Source: an uncultured Candidatus Saccharibacteria bacterium
GTDB lineage: Bacteria; Patescibacteriota; Minisyncoccia; Portnoybacterales; UBA2143
NCBI GenBank assembly: GCA_964472495.1
Contig: CAYYLD010000002.1
Coordinates: 27,949-91,948 of the forward strand
Length of the DNA stretch: 64,000 nt
Direction: 5' to 3'
Numbering within the stretch: position 1 is the stretch's first letter; every line of letters begins with the position of its first letter. The notes below the pieces were generated by a model that ran no database searches, was not told the origin of the DNA, and was given only the letters and a program-made list of their open reading frames with translations. Made by a program: the position numbers and the translations under genes. Of this stretch, positions 1-8,765 are shown piece after piece.

Positions 1-544
1 CCGACCGTTGCGGTTTAATTGCCCTACGAAAATCAATCAGGTCCTTTTTAACTAAAGCTATTTTAGAAAGCATTTCTCTTTCTTTGCCTTTAAAAACTTG
101 ACTTTCAATTTTTTCAATCTTTTCGCCGATGTGGTCAAGCATGGGCAGGCAGGCGTCGACCAACCAATCAAGTACTCCAAAAAGAAGGTAGGCGGGGCTT
201 TGGAAATATTGCTTTTGATGATAATCTTGGAGCTGGCAGTCATTAAAGAATGTCTCTAAATCAGGAATTTTACCGGCATGGCTGGTAATCAGGGTATCTG
301 GTGTAATAATCAGGTCTAATTCTATTGGTTTGGTTTGCTGGTTTCTCCGATTGAAAACCGGAAAGTGCAGGGCCATAAAAAGTTGGTTGGGGTATTCTTC
401 TATTTTGGGCCGGTGAATGGGCGGCAGAAATTGTTCAGCGATGAAAGGATGAAGACGAAATCTTTCCTTGAGTTCATCTAAATCCTTTTGCTTTGGTTTC
501 TGGATATCAATCCAGGTAATATTATTAGCAGTAATTGTTTTCAT
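1..544 (-). CDS. corA: CorA-family Mg2+/Co2+ transporter, N-terminal part (runs off window start)
   Basis: Hand translation from ATG at 544: MKTITANNITWIDIQKP...FRLHPF...HRPKIEEY...LDWLVDACLPMLDHIGEKIEKIE...LIDFRRAIKPQ, typical of the CorA cytoplasmic domain. Missing from the ORF track because it is truncated. Confidence 0.85.
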   Translation of the reverse strand, partial: MKTITANNITWIDIQKPKQKDLDELKERFRLHPFIAEQFLPPIHRPKIEEYPNQLFMALHFPVFNRRNQQTKPIELDLIITPDTLITSHAGKIPDLETFFNDCQLQDYHQKQYFQSPAYLLFGVLDWLVDACLPMLDHIGEKIEKIESQVFKGKEREMLSKIALVKKDLIDFRRAIKPQRS

Positions 545-569
545 AATATGGTTCTCCTGTTTATTCTCC

Positions 570-632
570 ATTTTAGCATGTCTTCTTTTAGCTGGGCAAG
601 TGGTTTGACAACTTTTGGGAAAATGATAAACT
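570..632. promoter_or_regulatory. Divergent sigma70-type promoters for corA (-) and the grpE operon (+)
   Basis: + strand: TTGACA (605-610), 16 nt, TAAACT preceded by TG. - strand: TTGCCC, 18 nt, TAAAAT preceded by TG. Confidence 0.6.
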
Positions 633-643
633 AATATTAGGCA

Positions 644-1135
644 ATGATGAATAAGAAAATTACTTATCTTACTGAAGAAACTGGTCAGTCTGCCGACCAG
701 GTTAAAAAACTTAGAAAGAAGCTTAAAGAGTGCCAAAAAGACAAGGAGGAATATCTGACCCAGGCCCAACGAGCCAGGGCTGATTTGATTAATTATCGAA
801 AGAGGCAGGAAGAAAAAATAATACCTGGAATTGTAACAATTGGTCAGATTAGCATAATTCGTAACATAGTATTACCGGCCTTGGATAGTTTAGAAGCAGG
901 AGCTAAAAAGAGTAAAGATGTTAAGCAAATCAGAGATCAGATAAATGGTATTCTAGTAAAGAATAAGATAGAGGAGATTGGAGCTGTGGGGGAAAAATTT
1001 AACCCTGAATTTCACGAAGCAGTGGAATCAGTTGAATCTGGAGAGGAATCAGGAATAATTATCGAGGAAATCCAAAAAGGATATTTGTTGAATAACGAAG
1101 TACTGCGACCGAGTAAAGTTAAAATAGCCAAGTAA
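644..1135 (+). CDS. grpE: Nucleotide exchange factor GrpE
   Basis: AQRARADLINYRKR, GEKFNPEFHEAV and GYLLNNEVLRPSKVKI motifs; upstream of dnaK. Confidence 0.95.
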   Translation: MMNKKITYLTEETGQSADQVKKLRKKLKECQKDKEEYLTQAQRARADLINYRKRQEEKIIPGIVTIGQISIIRNIVLPALDSLEAGAKKSKDVKQIRDQINGILVKNKIEEIGAVGEKFNPEFHEAVESVESGEESGIIIEEIQKGYLLNNEVLRPSKVKIAK

Positions 1136-1233
1136 TTTCTTAAAAAAATAATTATAAAATTAAGATTAGGCCTGGCGGTTAAATGACCGAGAGTCGCTTG
1201 AGGCGACTGTAGGGAAATAAGCTGTCAGCAGAT

Positions 1234-1677
1234 ATGTTTATGCCTATTAAATGGAAACCCTTCAGGGAGATAGAAAAACCCCTTAATCTGCCAGATGTTT
1301 TTGAAGAAGATGAATGGGTTCCTTTTGTGCCGACTTTTCGAGCCGAGGAACCGGCCGTTGACATCTATCAGGATAAAAACAATCTTTATGTGGAAATACC
1401 CCTGACTGGCGTTAATCCTAAAGATGTTCAGGTTTCTATTGATGACAATGTTTTGACTATTCAAGGCAAAACCCAGGAGAAGAAAGAAGTCAAAGAAAAA
1501 GATTATTTGCGTAAGGAAATCAGGAAGGGTTCTTTTCGCCGAGTAATTAAATTACCGGTTGAAGTGAAAGGAAATAAGGCTGTTGCTGAAAGTGTGGGCG
1601 GAATAATAAAGATTACTATTCCTAAGGCGGCTAAGACAACTCCGCCATCCAAAATGATTCCCATTAAAATCAAATAG
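1234..1677 (+). CDS. Hsp20/alpha-crystallin small heat shock protein
   Basis: PAVDIYQ, LTIQG, EIRKGSFRRVIKLP and GIIKITIPK motifs. Confidence 0.92.
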   Translation: MFMPIKWKPFREIEKPLNLPDVFEEDEWVPFVPTFRAEEPAVDIYQDKNNLYVEIPLTGVNPKDVQVSIDDNVLTIQGKTQEKKEVKEKDYLRKEIRKGSFRRVIKLPVEVKGNKAVAESVGGIIKITIPKAAKTTPPSKMIPIKIK

Positions 1678-1725
1678 GCTCGGAAAGTGCTTTTCAGCTA
1701 CCGCTGAAAAGCGCATTTCCTTGCC
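1677..1725. repeat. REP-like long hairpin (GCTCGGAAA...CATTTCCT family)
   Basis: ggc-tc-ggaaa-gtgcttttcagc-tacc-gctgaaaagcgc-a-tttcc-tt-gcc; related termini at ~21230 and ~22421. Confidence 0.65.
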
Positions 1726-1740
1726 TTGCTTTAGAAAATA

Positions 1741-3624
1741 ATGACAAAAATAATTGGTATTGATTTAGGCACGTCAAATTCTGCCGCAGCCGTGGTAGAA
1801 GGAGGCAAGCCGACAATGATTCCTTCGGCTGAAGGAACAATTGTTGGCGGCGGTAAGGCCTTCCCTTCTTATGTTGCCTTTGATAAAGAAGGCAATCTTT
1901 TGGTTGGCGAAGCAGCCCGTCGGCAAGCGGTGACTAATCCCGAGAACACGGTTACCGCCTTCAAACGGAAGATGGGCACTAAAGAGAAAATAAATATGGC
2001 TGGTAAAGAATATACTCCCCAGCAGCTTTCCGCCTTTCTTCTTCAGAAAATTAAAAAAGATGCCGGGGCCTTCTTGGGCGAACCGATTAAAAAAGCGGTT
2101 ATCACCGTACCGGCCTATTTCAATGATTCCCAGCGCCAGGCAACCAAAGATGCCGGAGCCATCGCCGGTTTTGAAGTAGACAGAATTATCAATGAGCCAA
2201 CGGCTGCTTCTTTGGCTTACGGGGTTGACAAAGCCGACAAAGAGGAAAAGATTCTTGTTTTTGATTTTGGCGGCGGTACTTTAGACGTCACTCTGATGGA
2301 TTTCGGCCAGGGAGTTTTTGAAGTTAAGTCAACTTCGGGAGATACGCAACTGGGCGGCACCGACATGGATGAACTTTTGACTAACTACATCATTGAAGAA
2401 TTTAAAAAAGAAAATAATATTGATTTGAATCAGGATAAAACAGCTTACCAGAGAGTTAAAGAAGCGACTGAGAAGGCAAAAATTGAACTTTCATCTACTT
2501 TAGAGACAGAGATTAATTTGCCTTTTCTGAGCGCTGATTCGGCTGGCCCGAAACATTTAGTCGCTAAAATCACCCGGGCCAAGTTGGAAGAATTAGTTGG
2601 GCCAATTATTGAAAAGTGCCGCGGTCCCTTGGAACAGGCCCTGAATGATGCCAAATTGACTCCTGACGAAATTACCAAAATCATCCTGGTCGGCGGTCCG
2701 ACCAGGATGCCGGCTGTTCAAAAATTTGTTGAAGATTATGCCGGTAAAAAAATTGAAAGAGGTGTTGACCCGATGGAATGCGTGGCCGCCGGAGCGGCTA
2801 TTCAGGGAGCTGTTTTGGCCGGCGAAATGAAAGACGTTCTTTTGTTGGATGTTACTCCGTTAACTTTGGGCATTGAGACCCTGGGCGCGGTGATGACGCC
2901 GTTGATTGAACGGAATACGACCATTCCCGCTTCCAAGACGCAGATTTTCTCTACCGCTTCTGACAGTCAGCCGGCCGTTGATATTCATGTTTTACAAGGT
3001 GAGCGGCCGGTGGCCGCCGACAACCGAACCTTAGGCAGATTTATCTTAGATGGCATCCCGCCGGCCCCCCGGGGAGTTCCTCAGATTGAAGTTAGCTTTG
3101 ACATTGACGCTAACGGTATCTTGAATGTTAAAGCCAAGGATAAAGCGACTAATAAAGAACAGGCCATTACCATTACCGACTCGGCGGCTCTTTCCAAAGA
3201 GGAGATTGAGAAAATGAAGCAGGAGGCCGAAGCTCATGCCACTGAAGATAGACAAAGGAAGGAATTGATTGAGATGCGTAACCAGGCCGATACTTTAATT
3301 TTTTCCACCGAGAAGGCTCTTAAGGAAGCCGGCGATAAAATTAAAGCCGAAGATAAAAAAGAAGTAGAGGATAAGTTAGAGACCTTAAAGAAAGTCAAAG
3401 ATTCCAACGAAATAGAAACTCTCAAAAAAGCCATTGATGAATTATCTCAAGCTATCCAGAAAATCGGCGCCCAATTATATCAAAAAGTTCAGGAAGAGAA
3501 AGCAGAACAGTCCGAACCGGAGATATCCGCCAAGGGCGGACGCGCCTCTGGTGCGAAAGGAGAAGCCGACCAGGAAAAAACAGTTGAAGGCGAATACGAA
3601 GAGGTTAAGGAAGAGAAGAAGTAA
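1741..3624 (+). CDS. dnaK: Chaperone DnaK (Hsp70)
   Basis: [28 protein letters not shown] and [15 protein letters not shown] motifs. Confidence 0.99.
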   Translation: MTKIIGIDLGTSNSAAAVVEGGKPTMIPSAEGTIVGGGKAFPSYVAFDKEGNLLVGEAARRQAVTNPENTVTAFKRKMGTKEKINMAGKEYTPQQLSAFLLQKIKKDAGAFLGEPIKKAVITVPAYFNDSQRQATKDAGAIAGFEVDRIINEPTAASLAYGVDKADKEEKILVFDFGGGTLDVTLMDFGQGVFEVKSTSGDTQLGGTDMDELLTNYIIEEFKKENNIDLNQDKTAYQRVKEATEKAKIELSSTLETEINLPFLSADSAGPKHLVAKITRAKLEELVGPIIEKCRGPLEQALNDAKLTPDEITKIILVGGPTRMPAVQKFVEDYAGKKIERGVDPMECVAAGAAIQGAVLAGEMKDVLLLDVTPLTLGIETLGAVMTPLIERNTTIPASKTQIFSTASDSQPAVDIHVLQGERPVAADNRTLGRFILDGIPPAPRGVPQIEVSFDIDANGILNVKAKDKATNKEQAITITDSAALSKEEIEKMKQEAEAHATEDRQRKELIEMRNQADTLIFSTEKALKEAGDKIKAEDKKEVEDKLETLKKVKDSNEIETLKKAIDELSQAIQKIGAQLYQKVQEEKAEQSEPEISAKGGRASGAKGEADQEKTVEGEYEEVKEEKK

Positions 3625-3625
3625 T

Positions 3626-4432
3626 ATGTATAAAAATCGGGTTACCCAATCAGTGGTGGCCGGTCTAGCTACCTTAATTTCAACGGCCAGCTGGTTGGGT
3701 TTAAAGAATGTTTTAACCGGCGGCGATAATTGGCTTTGGCCAAGTATCGGCTTTTTAATTTTACTAATCTTTTTAAGCTTAAATTGGCTCCTGACTAAGT
3801 CCAAAGCCATTTTATTAGTTACACTTACTCTTGTCTTAATCAGCTTTTTCTTTGCTTTCAGTTTCAAAATGACCTATTCGGCTGTTCTTTTTATCGCTTT
3901 GTTATTCTTTCTTTTCGGTTCTTGGCGGGCCGTTAACGAAAAAGAGGTCAGAATTAAATTAGAAGTTGATAAAATTCTCTGTCGCGGTCTGCCGGCCGTC
4001 TTAACCGGCCTAATTTTAATTACAGCTACTGCTTATTATTTTTCACCTCTAGTTTTAGAGAACCAGAACCAGATTAAAATTCCCCGTTTTTTATTTGATT
4101 TGATTGTCCAGCCGGTTATCGAAACGCTTGAAGCCCAAGTACCTCTTTCTCAATTATCGGCCGAACTCGGGGTCGATTCGACGGATAACCAACAATTTGA
4201 AGAAGCCCTTTATCAATTGGTCAATGAGCGCTTTAATCAATTCAGCCAGCCCTACCAAGAATATTTGCCTTTTGGTTTGGCTATCGGCCTCTTCTTTGCC
4301 CTTAAGGCGATTAGTTTGCCTTTTAAATGGCTGGTCATTTTATTAAGCTGGCTGATTTTTAAGCTTTTAGTTTCTTTAGGGGCGATTAAAATTCAAGAAA
4401 AAGGAGTTTTGCAACAGGTGATAGAGGTATAG
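3626..4432 (+). CDS. Hypothetical multi-pass membrane protein (start revised to ATG 3626)
   Basis: Several hydrophobic segments; ATG lies 1 nt after the dnaK stop, whereas the ORF-track start overlaps dnaK. Confidence 0.75.
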   Translation: MYKNRVTQSVVAGLATLISTASWLGLKNVLTGGDNWLWPSIGFLILLIFLSLNWLLTKSKAILLVTLTLVLISFFFAFSFKMTYSAVLFIALLFFLFGSWRAVNEKEVRIKLEVDKILCRGLPAVLTGLILITATAYYFSPLVLENQNQIKIPRFLFDLIVQPVIETLEAQVPLSQLSAELGVDSTDNQQFEEALYQLVNERFNQFSQPYQEYLPFGLAIGLFFALKAISLPFKWLVILLSWLIFKLLVSLGAIKIQEKGVLQQVIEV

Positions 4433-4453
4433 AACAAGGATTAATTATTATTT

Positions 4454-5542
4454 ATGGCTAAGGATTACTATGAAATATTAGGGGTGTCCCGGGGAGCTTC
4501 CGAGCAAGAGATAAAAAAGGCCTACCGGAAATTAGCTCTGCAATATCATCCAGATCGGGCACCGGCTGACAAGAAAAAGGAATACGAAGAAAAATTCAAA
4601 GAGATTAGTCAGGCCTATCGAGTCCTTTCCGATAAAGAAAAGAAAGCTCAATACGACCAATACGGACAGACCTTTGAAGGAGCGCCTTTCGGTCAAGGAT
4701 TTAGTCAACAGGATTTCCGTTCTTTCCACGAAGCCTTTGGCGGCCGCGACATTTTTGAAGATTTGGGTTTTGGCCGAATTTTTGAAGAGATGTTTGGTTT
4801 CGGCCCCCGAACCAGAACCAGACGAACTGCTCAATACGGACGAGATATTGCCGTAGATATGGAAGTAGATTTGAAAGATGCTTTTAACGGACTAAAGAAA
4901 GAGATTGATTTACGAAAGATGGTCACTTGTCCGGAATGCCAGGGCAAAGGCGGCCAGTCGTTAAAGAAATGCCCTGTCTGCCAGGGGACTGGTTACGAGC
5001 AAACCGGCCGCCAGGGTTTTTTAGGGTTTATTATTCAACAGAGGCCCTGCTCAAGGTGTCACGGCCGAGGCGAAATACCGGAAAAAGTTTGCCCTAAATG
5101 CGGCGGTCAGGGAAGAGTTGAGGAGACAAAGGAGATTAAAATAACCATTCCGGCTGGTATTGATGACGGACAGGTTCTTAGATTGAGCGGCCAGGGGGAA
5201 GCGGCTCCCTACGGTGGAACAGCCGGCGATTTGTTTATCAATATTCATCTGCGGCCTGACAAAAATTTCCAGCGACAGGGCGACGATTTACTTTATAACT
5301 TAGTTATCAACTTCAGCCAAGCGGCTTTAGGTGATAAAATAGAAATACCCACTTTGGCTGGCCCAGTTAATTTGAAAATTCCGGCTGGCAGTCAACCCGG
5401 CCAGCTGATCAAATTAAAAGGTAAGGGGATACCTTGTCTATACGGCCGCGGTCAGGGAGATTTGATTGTCAAGATTCAGGTAGAAGTTCCTAGGAAGTTA
5501 TCCCGAAGAGAAAAAGAGCTTATTAAGGACTTAGCCAAGTAG
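4454..5542 (+). CDS. dnaJ: Chaperone DnaJ
   Basis: J-domain with HPD, G/F-rich region, four CxxCxGxG repeats. Confidence 0.98.
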   Translation: MAKDYYEILGVSRGASEQEIKKAYRKLALQYHPDRAPADKKKEYEEKFKEISQAYRVLSDKEKKAQYDQYGQTFEGAPFGQGFSQQDFRSFHEAFGGRDIFEDLGFGRIFEEMFGFGPRTRTRRTAQYGRDIAVDMEVDLKDAFNGLKKEIDLRKMVTCPECQGKGGQSLKKCPVCQGTGYEQTGRQGFLGFIIQQRPCSRCHGRGEIPEKVCPKCGGQGRVEETKEIKITIPAGIDDGQVLRLSGQGEAAPYGGTAGDLFINIHLRPDKNFQRQGDDLLYNLVINFSQAALGDKIEIPTLAGPVNLKIPAGSQPGQLIKLKGKGIPCLYGRGQGDLIVKIQVEVPRKLSRREKELIKDLAK

Positions 5543-5550
5543 TATTTCAG

Positions 5551-5715
5551 AGTTCAGGATAACCATTTCGAGAAGATTAGATGACAAAAGATAACAACCG
5601 GGATAGTTTGGTAATAAAGAACTCTTTTGTCATCTTAGAGCAACCGCTTAAATAATAAATAGAATACTAACCAAGTCACGGCGGCTGCGACTTCGAGGAA
5701 TGGTTATCCTGAACT
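5551..5715. ncRNA. Structured 165-nt three-way-junction element, copy 1 (putative ncRNA or non-autonomous mobile element)
   Basis: Outer stem agttcaggataaccatt/aatggttatcctgaact; inner stems agatgacaaaaga/tcttttgtcatct and gcaaccgc/gcggctgc; homologous copies at 10200 and 33727. Confidence 0.6.
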
Positions 5716-5734
5716 TCTTGAACTCATAGTCATT

Positions 5735-6280
5735 ATGTCTATTCGTGAATTATTAACTAATTTTCATGTCGGCACCGCTTCCGGCTGGGATTTGTTTGTT
5801 ATCCTTGTTTTCTTGGTGGCTGTTTTGGTCTACGGTTTTTTCCTCGGTCGCAATCGAATGATTATCTTGCTTTTGGGCAGCTATTTCTCTTTGATTATCA
5901 GTCAGGTTATTCCTTGGTCAAGAATTAGCGCTTTGGGCTGGTTGAGGATTGGTCAAGAACCATCGGCCTCTTTGAAAATTTTGGTTTTTGTCGGCTTAAT
6001 CCTGTTGTTTTATTTTCTCATACCGCGTTCTGTTCTTAGTTCGGCTTTAAGAATCAAGAAGAGAGGTGAGGCCGTTTGGTGGCAGATATTTGTTTTAAGC
6101 ATTGTTCAGTTGGGCCTTTTGGCAGCAATCATCTTTTCTTTTTTACCTGGTCAGACCATAGCTGATTTTACTCCTTTGGTCAAAAAGATATTCATTGGTC
6201 CGGAAGCTCAATTTATCTGGCTAACTTTGCCAATTCTGTTTATCGTTTTAATGCGCCGCAAGAAAAAGATAGAGGATTAA
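5735..6280 (+). CDS. Hypothetical membrane protein (weak CvpA-like topology)
   Basis: About 5 TM helices; N-terminal DLFVILVFL...YGFFLGR pattern. Confidence 0.7.
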   Translation: MSIRELLTNFHVGTASGWDLFVILVFLVAVLVYGFFLGRNRMIILLLGSYFSLIISQVIPWSRISALGWLRIGQEPSASLKILVFVGLILLFYFLIPRSVLSSALRIKKRGEAVWWQIFVLSIVQLGLLAAIIFSFLPGQTIADFTPLVKKIFIGPEAQFIWLTLPILFIVLMRRKKKIED

Positions 6281-6326
6281 TAAATTTGTCCTTTAATAAC
6301 ATAGAGAAGAGAAAGGAGGATTTGGA

Positions 6327-6749
6327 ATGAAAAGATGGATAGGCCCGCCACAGTCTTTACTTATAGGTATTGCCGTATTTTTGGCTGTTATTGTTTTGAT
6401 TTCGGGCTTGCCTTTGGGTTTCGACGATAGATGGCAAGGAATGATAGTGGGTTTTGCTTTTTTTATCTTCATTCTTTTAAGGAACTCGGTTGATTGGTCC
6501 AGCCTCTTGGTGTATTCAGGAAGAAAGAATGAAGAAAGTATTATGGTGAATCTATTGACGCCTTTAATCTTTTCTTTAATAATGTCAGCTTTCGCTGTCT
6601 GTGGTTGTCAAATAAGTTTGGTAAAGGTAAGTTTATCTTTTCTGATAGCCGTAATCGCGGATATTCTTATCCGAATTTGGCTGGGTTGGAGAATGGCTCA
6701 AAATATTGGTGACAACAGAAGCAAAAGCAAAGAAGAATCGACTACTTGA
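6327..6749 (+). CDS. Hypothetical membrane protein (ORFan cassette)
   Basis: Strong SD AAAGGAGG; 4 hydrophobic segments; terminator follows. Confidence 0.7.
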   Translation: MKRWIGPPQSLLIGIAVFLAVIVLISGLPLGFDDRWQGMIVGFAFFIFILLRNSVDWSSLLVYSGRKNEESIMVNLLTPLIFSLIMSAFAVCGCQISLVKVSLSFLIAVIADILIRIWLGWRMAQNIGDNRSKSKEESTT

Positions 6750-6754
6750 TTCAA

Positions 6755-6803
6755 CCTCGCAGTAAACCGTCTAAACTGGATTACTGCGGGGTTGATTTTT
6801 TTT
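6755..6803 (+). terminator. Intrinsic terminator
   Basis: ctcgcagtaa...ttactgcggg stem followed by a T-run. Confidence 0.6.
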
Positions 6804-6829
6804 AGAAAAAAAGATAAAATGATGAAAAT

Positions 6830-6900
6830 GGGGGTATAGCTCAATGGTAGAGCAGTGGCCTTTTAAGCCATTGATGGGGGTTCGATCCCCTCTACCCCTA
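6830..6900 (+). tRNA. tRNA-Lys(TTT)
   Basis: Cloverleaf: D arm GCTC-AATGGTA-GAGC, anticodon arm GTGGC-CTTTTAA-GCCAT, T loop TTCGATC; G1.U72 pair; CCA not encoded. Confidence 0.93.
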
Positions 6901-6944
6901 CTTTTATAGCCTCGGAGGCCGAGAACGGTCCTCGGACTTAAAAT

Positions 6945-7886
6945 ATGACTATTAGACAAATCTACAATTTAGCTCTCAAAATGGGTATTGAAGCGGATTT
7001 GCGGGGTAAAACCGAAGTCAAAAAATACTTGGCTCACCAGAAAGAAAATTATCAGAAACTGCCGCCGGAAAAGAAAAAAGAATTCGATAGAGAGCGACTG
7101 AGTAATCCTTACTCCGATACTCGTATTTTGAACGAACCCAAAAATCCTCAAAAGTCAATTAAAAGGATTTTGGCCGGTATTGATATTGGGGTGTCTGAAT
7201 TGCTTTTGGCCAAAGAATTGGGCAAGATTGATTTGATTTTTTCTCATCATCCTCACGGTCAGGCCTTGGCTAATTTAGACGATGTTATGCAATTACAGGC
7301 CGAAGTTCTGGCTCAATATGGCGTCCCGATTAACGTGGCCGAAGGATTACTGAAACCGAGAATTTCAGAAGTGGCCCGCTCGCTTTCTCCAGCTAATCAT
7401 AACCGGGTCGTTGATGCCGCTAAATTACTCCATCTGGGATTTATCTGCGTTCACACGGCCTGCGATAATTTAGTGGCCAATTTTCTAGACCAAAAGATAA
7501 AAAAATCGCAACCGGAATATGTCGGCGACCTGTTAAAGCTTTTGAAAGAAATTCCCGAGTATAAAGAGGCGATTAAAATTGGTGCCGGGCCGTGGCTTTT
7601 TGTCGGCGAGGAAGGGAATCGTTGTGGCAGGATCGCTTTGACTGAAATTACCGGCGGCACCGAGGGTTCGGCCAAAATTTACGAAAAGATGGCTCAAGTA
7701 GGCATTGGAACAATTATTGGCATGCACATGTCAGAAGAGCATAAAAACGAAGCCGAAGCGGCTCATATTAACGTAGTCGTGGCCGGCCATATGTCTTCTG
7801 ATTCTATCGGGGTCAACATTCTTCTCGACCAATTAAAAAAACAGGGGATTGAGGTTATTCCCTGCGGCGGATTAATCCGTAAATAG
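6945..7886 (+). CDS. NIF3/NGG1p-interacting-factor family metal-binding protein
   Basis: SHHPHG, HTACDN, GMHMSE and AGHMSSDSIG motifs. Confidence 0.85.
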   Translation: MTIRQIYNLALKMGIEADLRGKTEVKKYLAHQKENYQKLPPEKKKEFDRERLSNPYSDTRILNEPKNPQKSIKRILAGIDIGVSELLLAKELGKIDLIFSHHPHGQALANLDDVMQLQAEVLAQYGVPINVAEGLLKPRISEVARSLSPANHNRVVDAAKLLHLGFICVHTACDNLVANFLDQKIKKSQPEYVGDLLKLLKEIPEYKEAIKIGAGPWLFVGEEGNRCGRIALTEITGGTEGSAKIYEKMAQVGIGTIIGMHMSEEHKNEAEAAHINVVVAGHMSSDSIGVNILLDQLKKQGIEVIPCGGLIRK

Positions 7887-7897
7887 ATTCGCAAAAT

Positions 7898-8647
7898 ATG
7901 CCCTGGTATAAAGATTTTTTTGACAAATGGTATCTTGAAATTTATCGAGATAGGCCGCTATTTAAAGAAAAAAATATTCAAAAAGAGTTTACCTTTATTA
8001 GACGTGTTCTGAATTTACCCGAAGGAGCTAAAGTTCTTGATTTATGTTCCGGGCACGGTCGTCATACTATTCCTTTGGCTAAAACTGGCTATCAAATGAC
8101 GGCGCTTGATTTAAACAAAAAGTTTCTTAGTATTCTTAAAAGAGAAGCCAAGGAACAAAAATTAGATATTAGAATTATCCATAGCGATATGAGAGACATT
8201 CCTTTTATGAACGAATTTGACGGGATAATTAATATTTTTACTTCATTTGGTTATTTCACAAATGACAAAGAAAATCTTAAAGTTTTAGAGCAGGTTTTTA
8301 GGGCCTTAAAGCCGGCTGGCAAATTCTTGCTCGATGTTGTAAATAAAGAATGGGTCCAAAGAAATACTCACATCGAAAATAAATACAAGATAAAAAAATA
8401 CTCCGTTTTGGAAAAAATAAAATTTAATCAAGGAACTAACCAATGGAAAGCTAATTTCGCGATTACCAACGGAAAAGGCAGAAATTATTCGGCAAAATAC
8501 ATAACTAAATTATATTCTTTGGCTGAAATAGAGAAGATGCTGAAGCAAGTAGGCTTTGATAAAATCATTGGTCTCTTTGGGAATACTGTCAAAATAGAAA
8601 AATTTACCCCCCGGTCTAAGCGTTTAGTAATTTTAGCCCAAAAATGA
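7898..8647 (+). CDS. Class I SAM-dependent methyltransferase
   Basis: VLDLCSGHGRH, DMRDIPF and FTSFGYF motifs. Confidence 0.9.
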   Translation: MPWYKDFFDKWYLEIYRDRPLFKEKNIQKEFTFIRRVLNLPEGAKVLDLCSGHGRHTIPLAKTGYQMTALDLNKKFLSILKREAKEQKLDIRIIHSDMRDIPFMNEFDGIINIFTSFGYFTNDKENLKVLEQVFRALKPAGKFLLDVVNKEWVQRNTHIENKYKIKKYSVLEKIKFNQGTNQWKANFAITNGKGRNYSAKYITKLYSLAEIEKMLKQVGFDKIIGLFGNTVKIEKFTPRSKRLVILAQK

Positions 8648-8673
8648 GAGTTTAAAGTTAGCCGAGAGTTCTT

Positions 8674-8711
8674 TCTCTGCACAGTTTCTACCATTGTGCA
8701 GGGATTTTTTT
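8674..8711 (+). terminator. Intrinsic terminator
   Basis: tctctgcaca...tgtgcaggga followed by a T-run. Confidence 0.65.
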
Positions 8712-8765
8712 ATTCCACTTGTTAAAGCCAATAAAAGCTGTTATAATTTGAACAGTCAAAAATAA

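Noticed and set aside
3434-3625. N-terminal extension of ORF 3434-4432 overlapping dnaK
   Set aside because: It is an alternative frame of the dnaK 3' end; ATG 3626 right after the dnaK stop is the plausible start.
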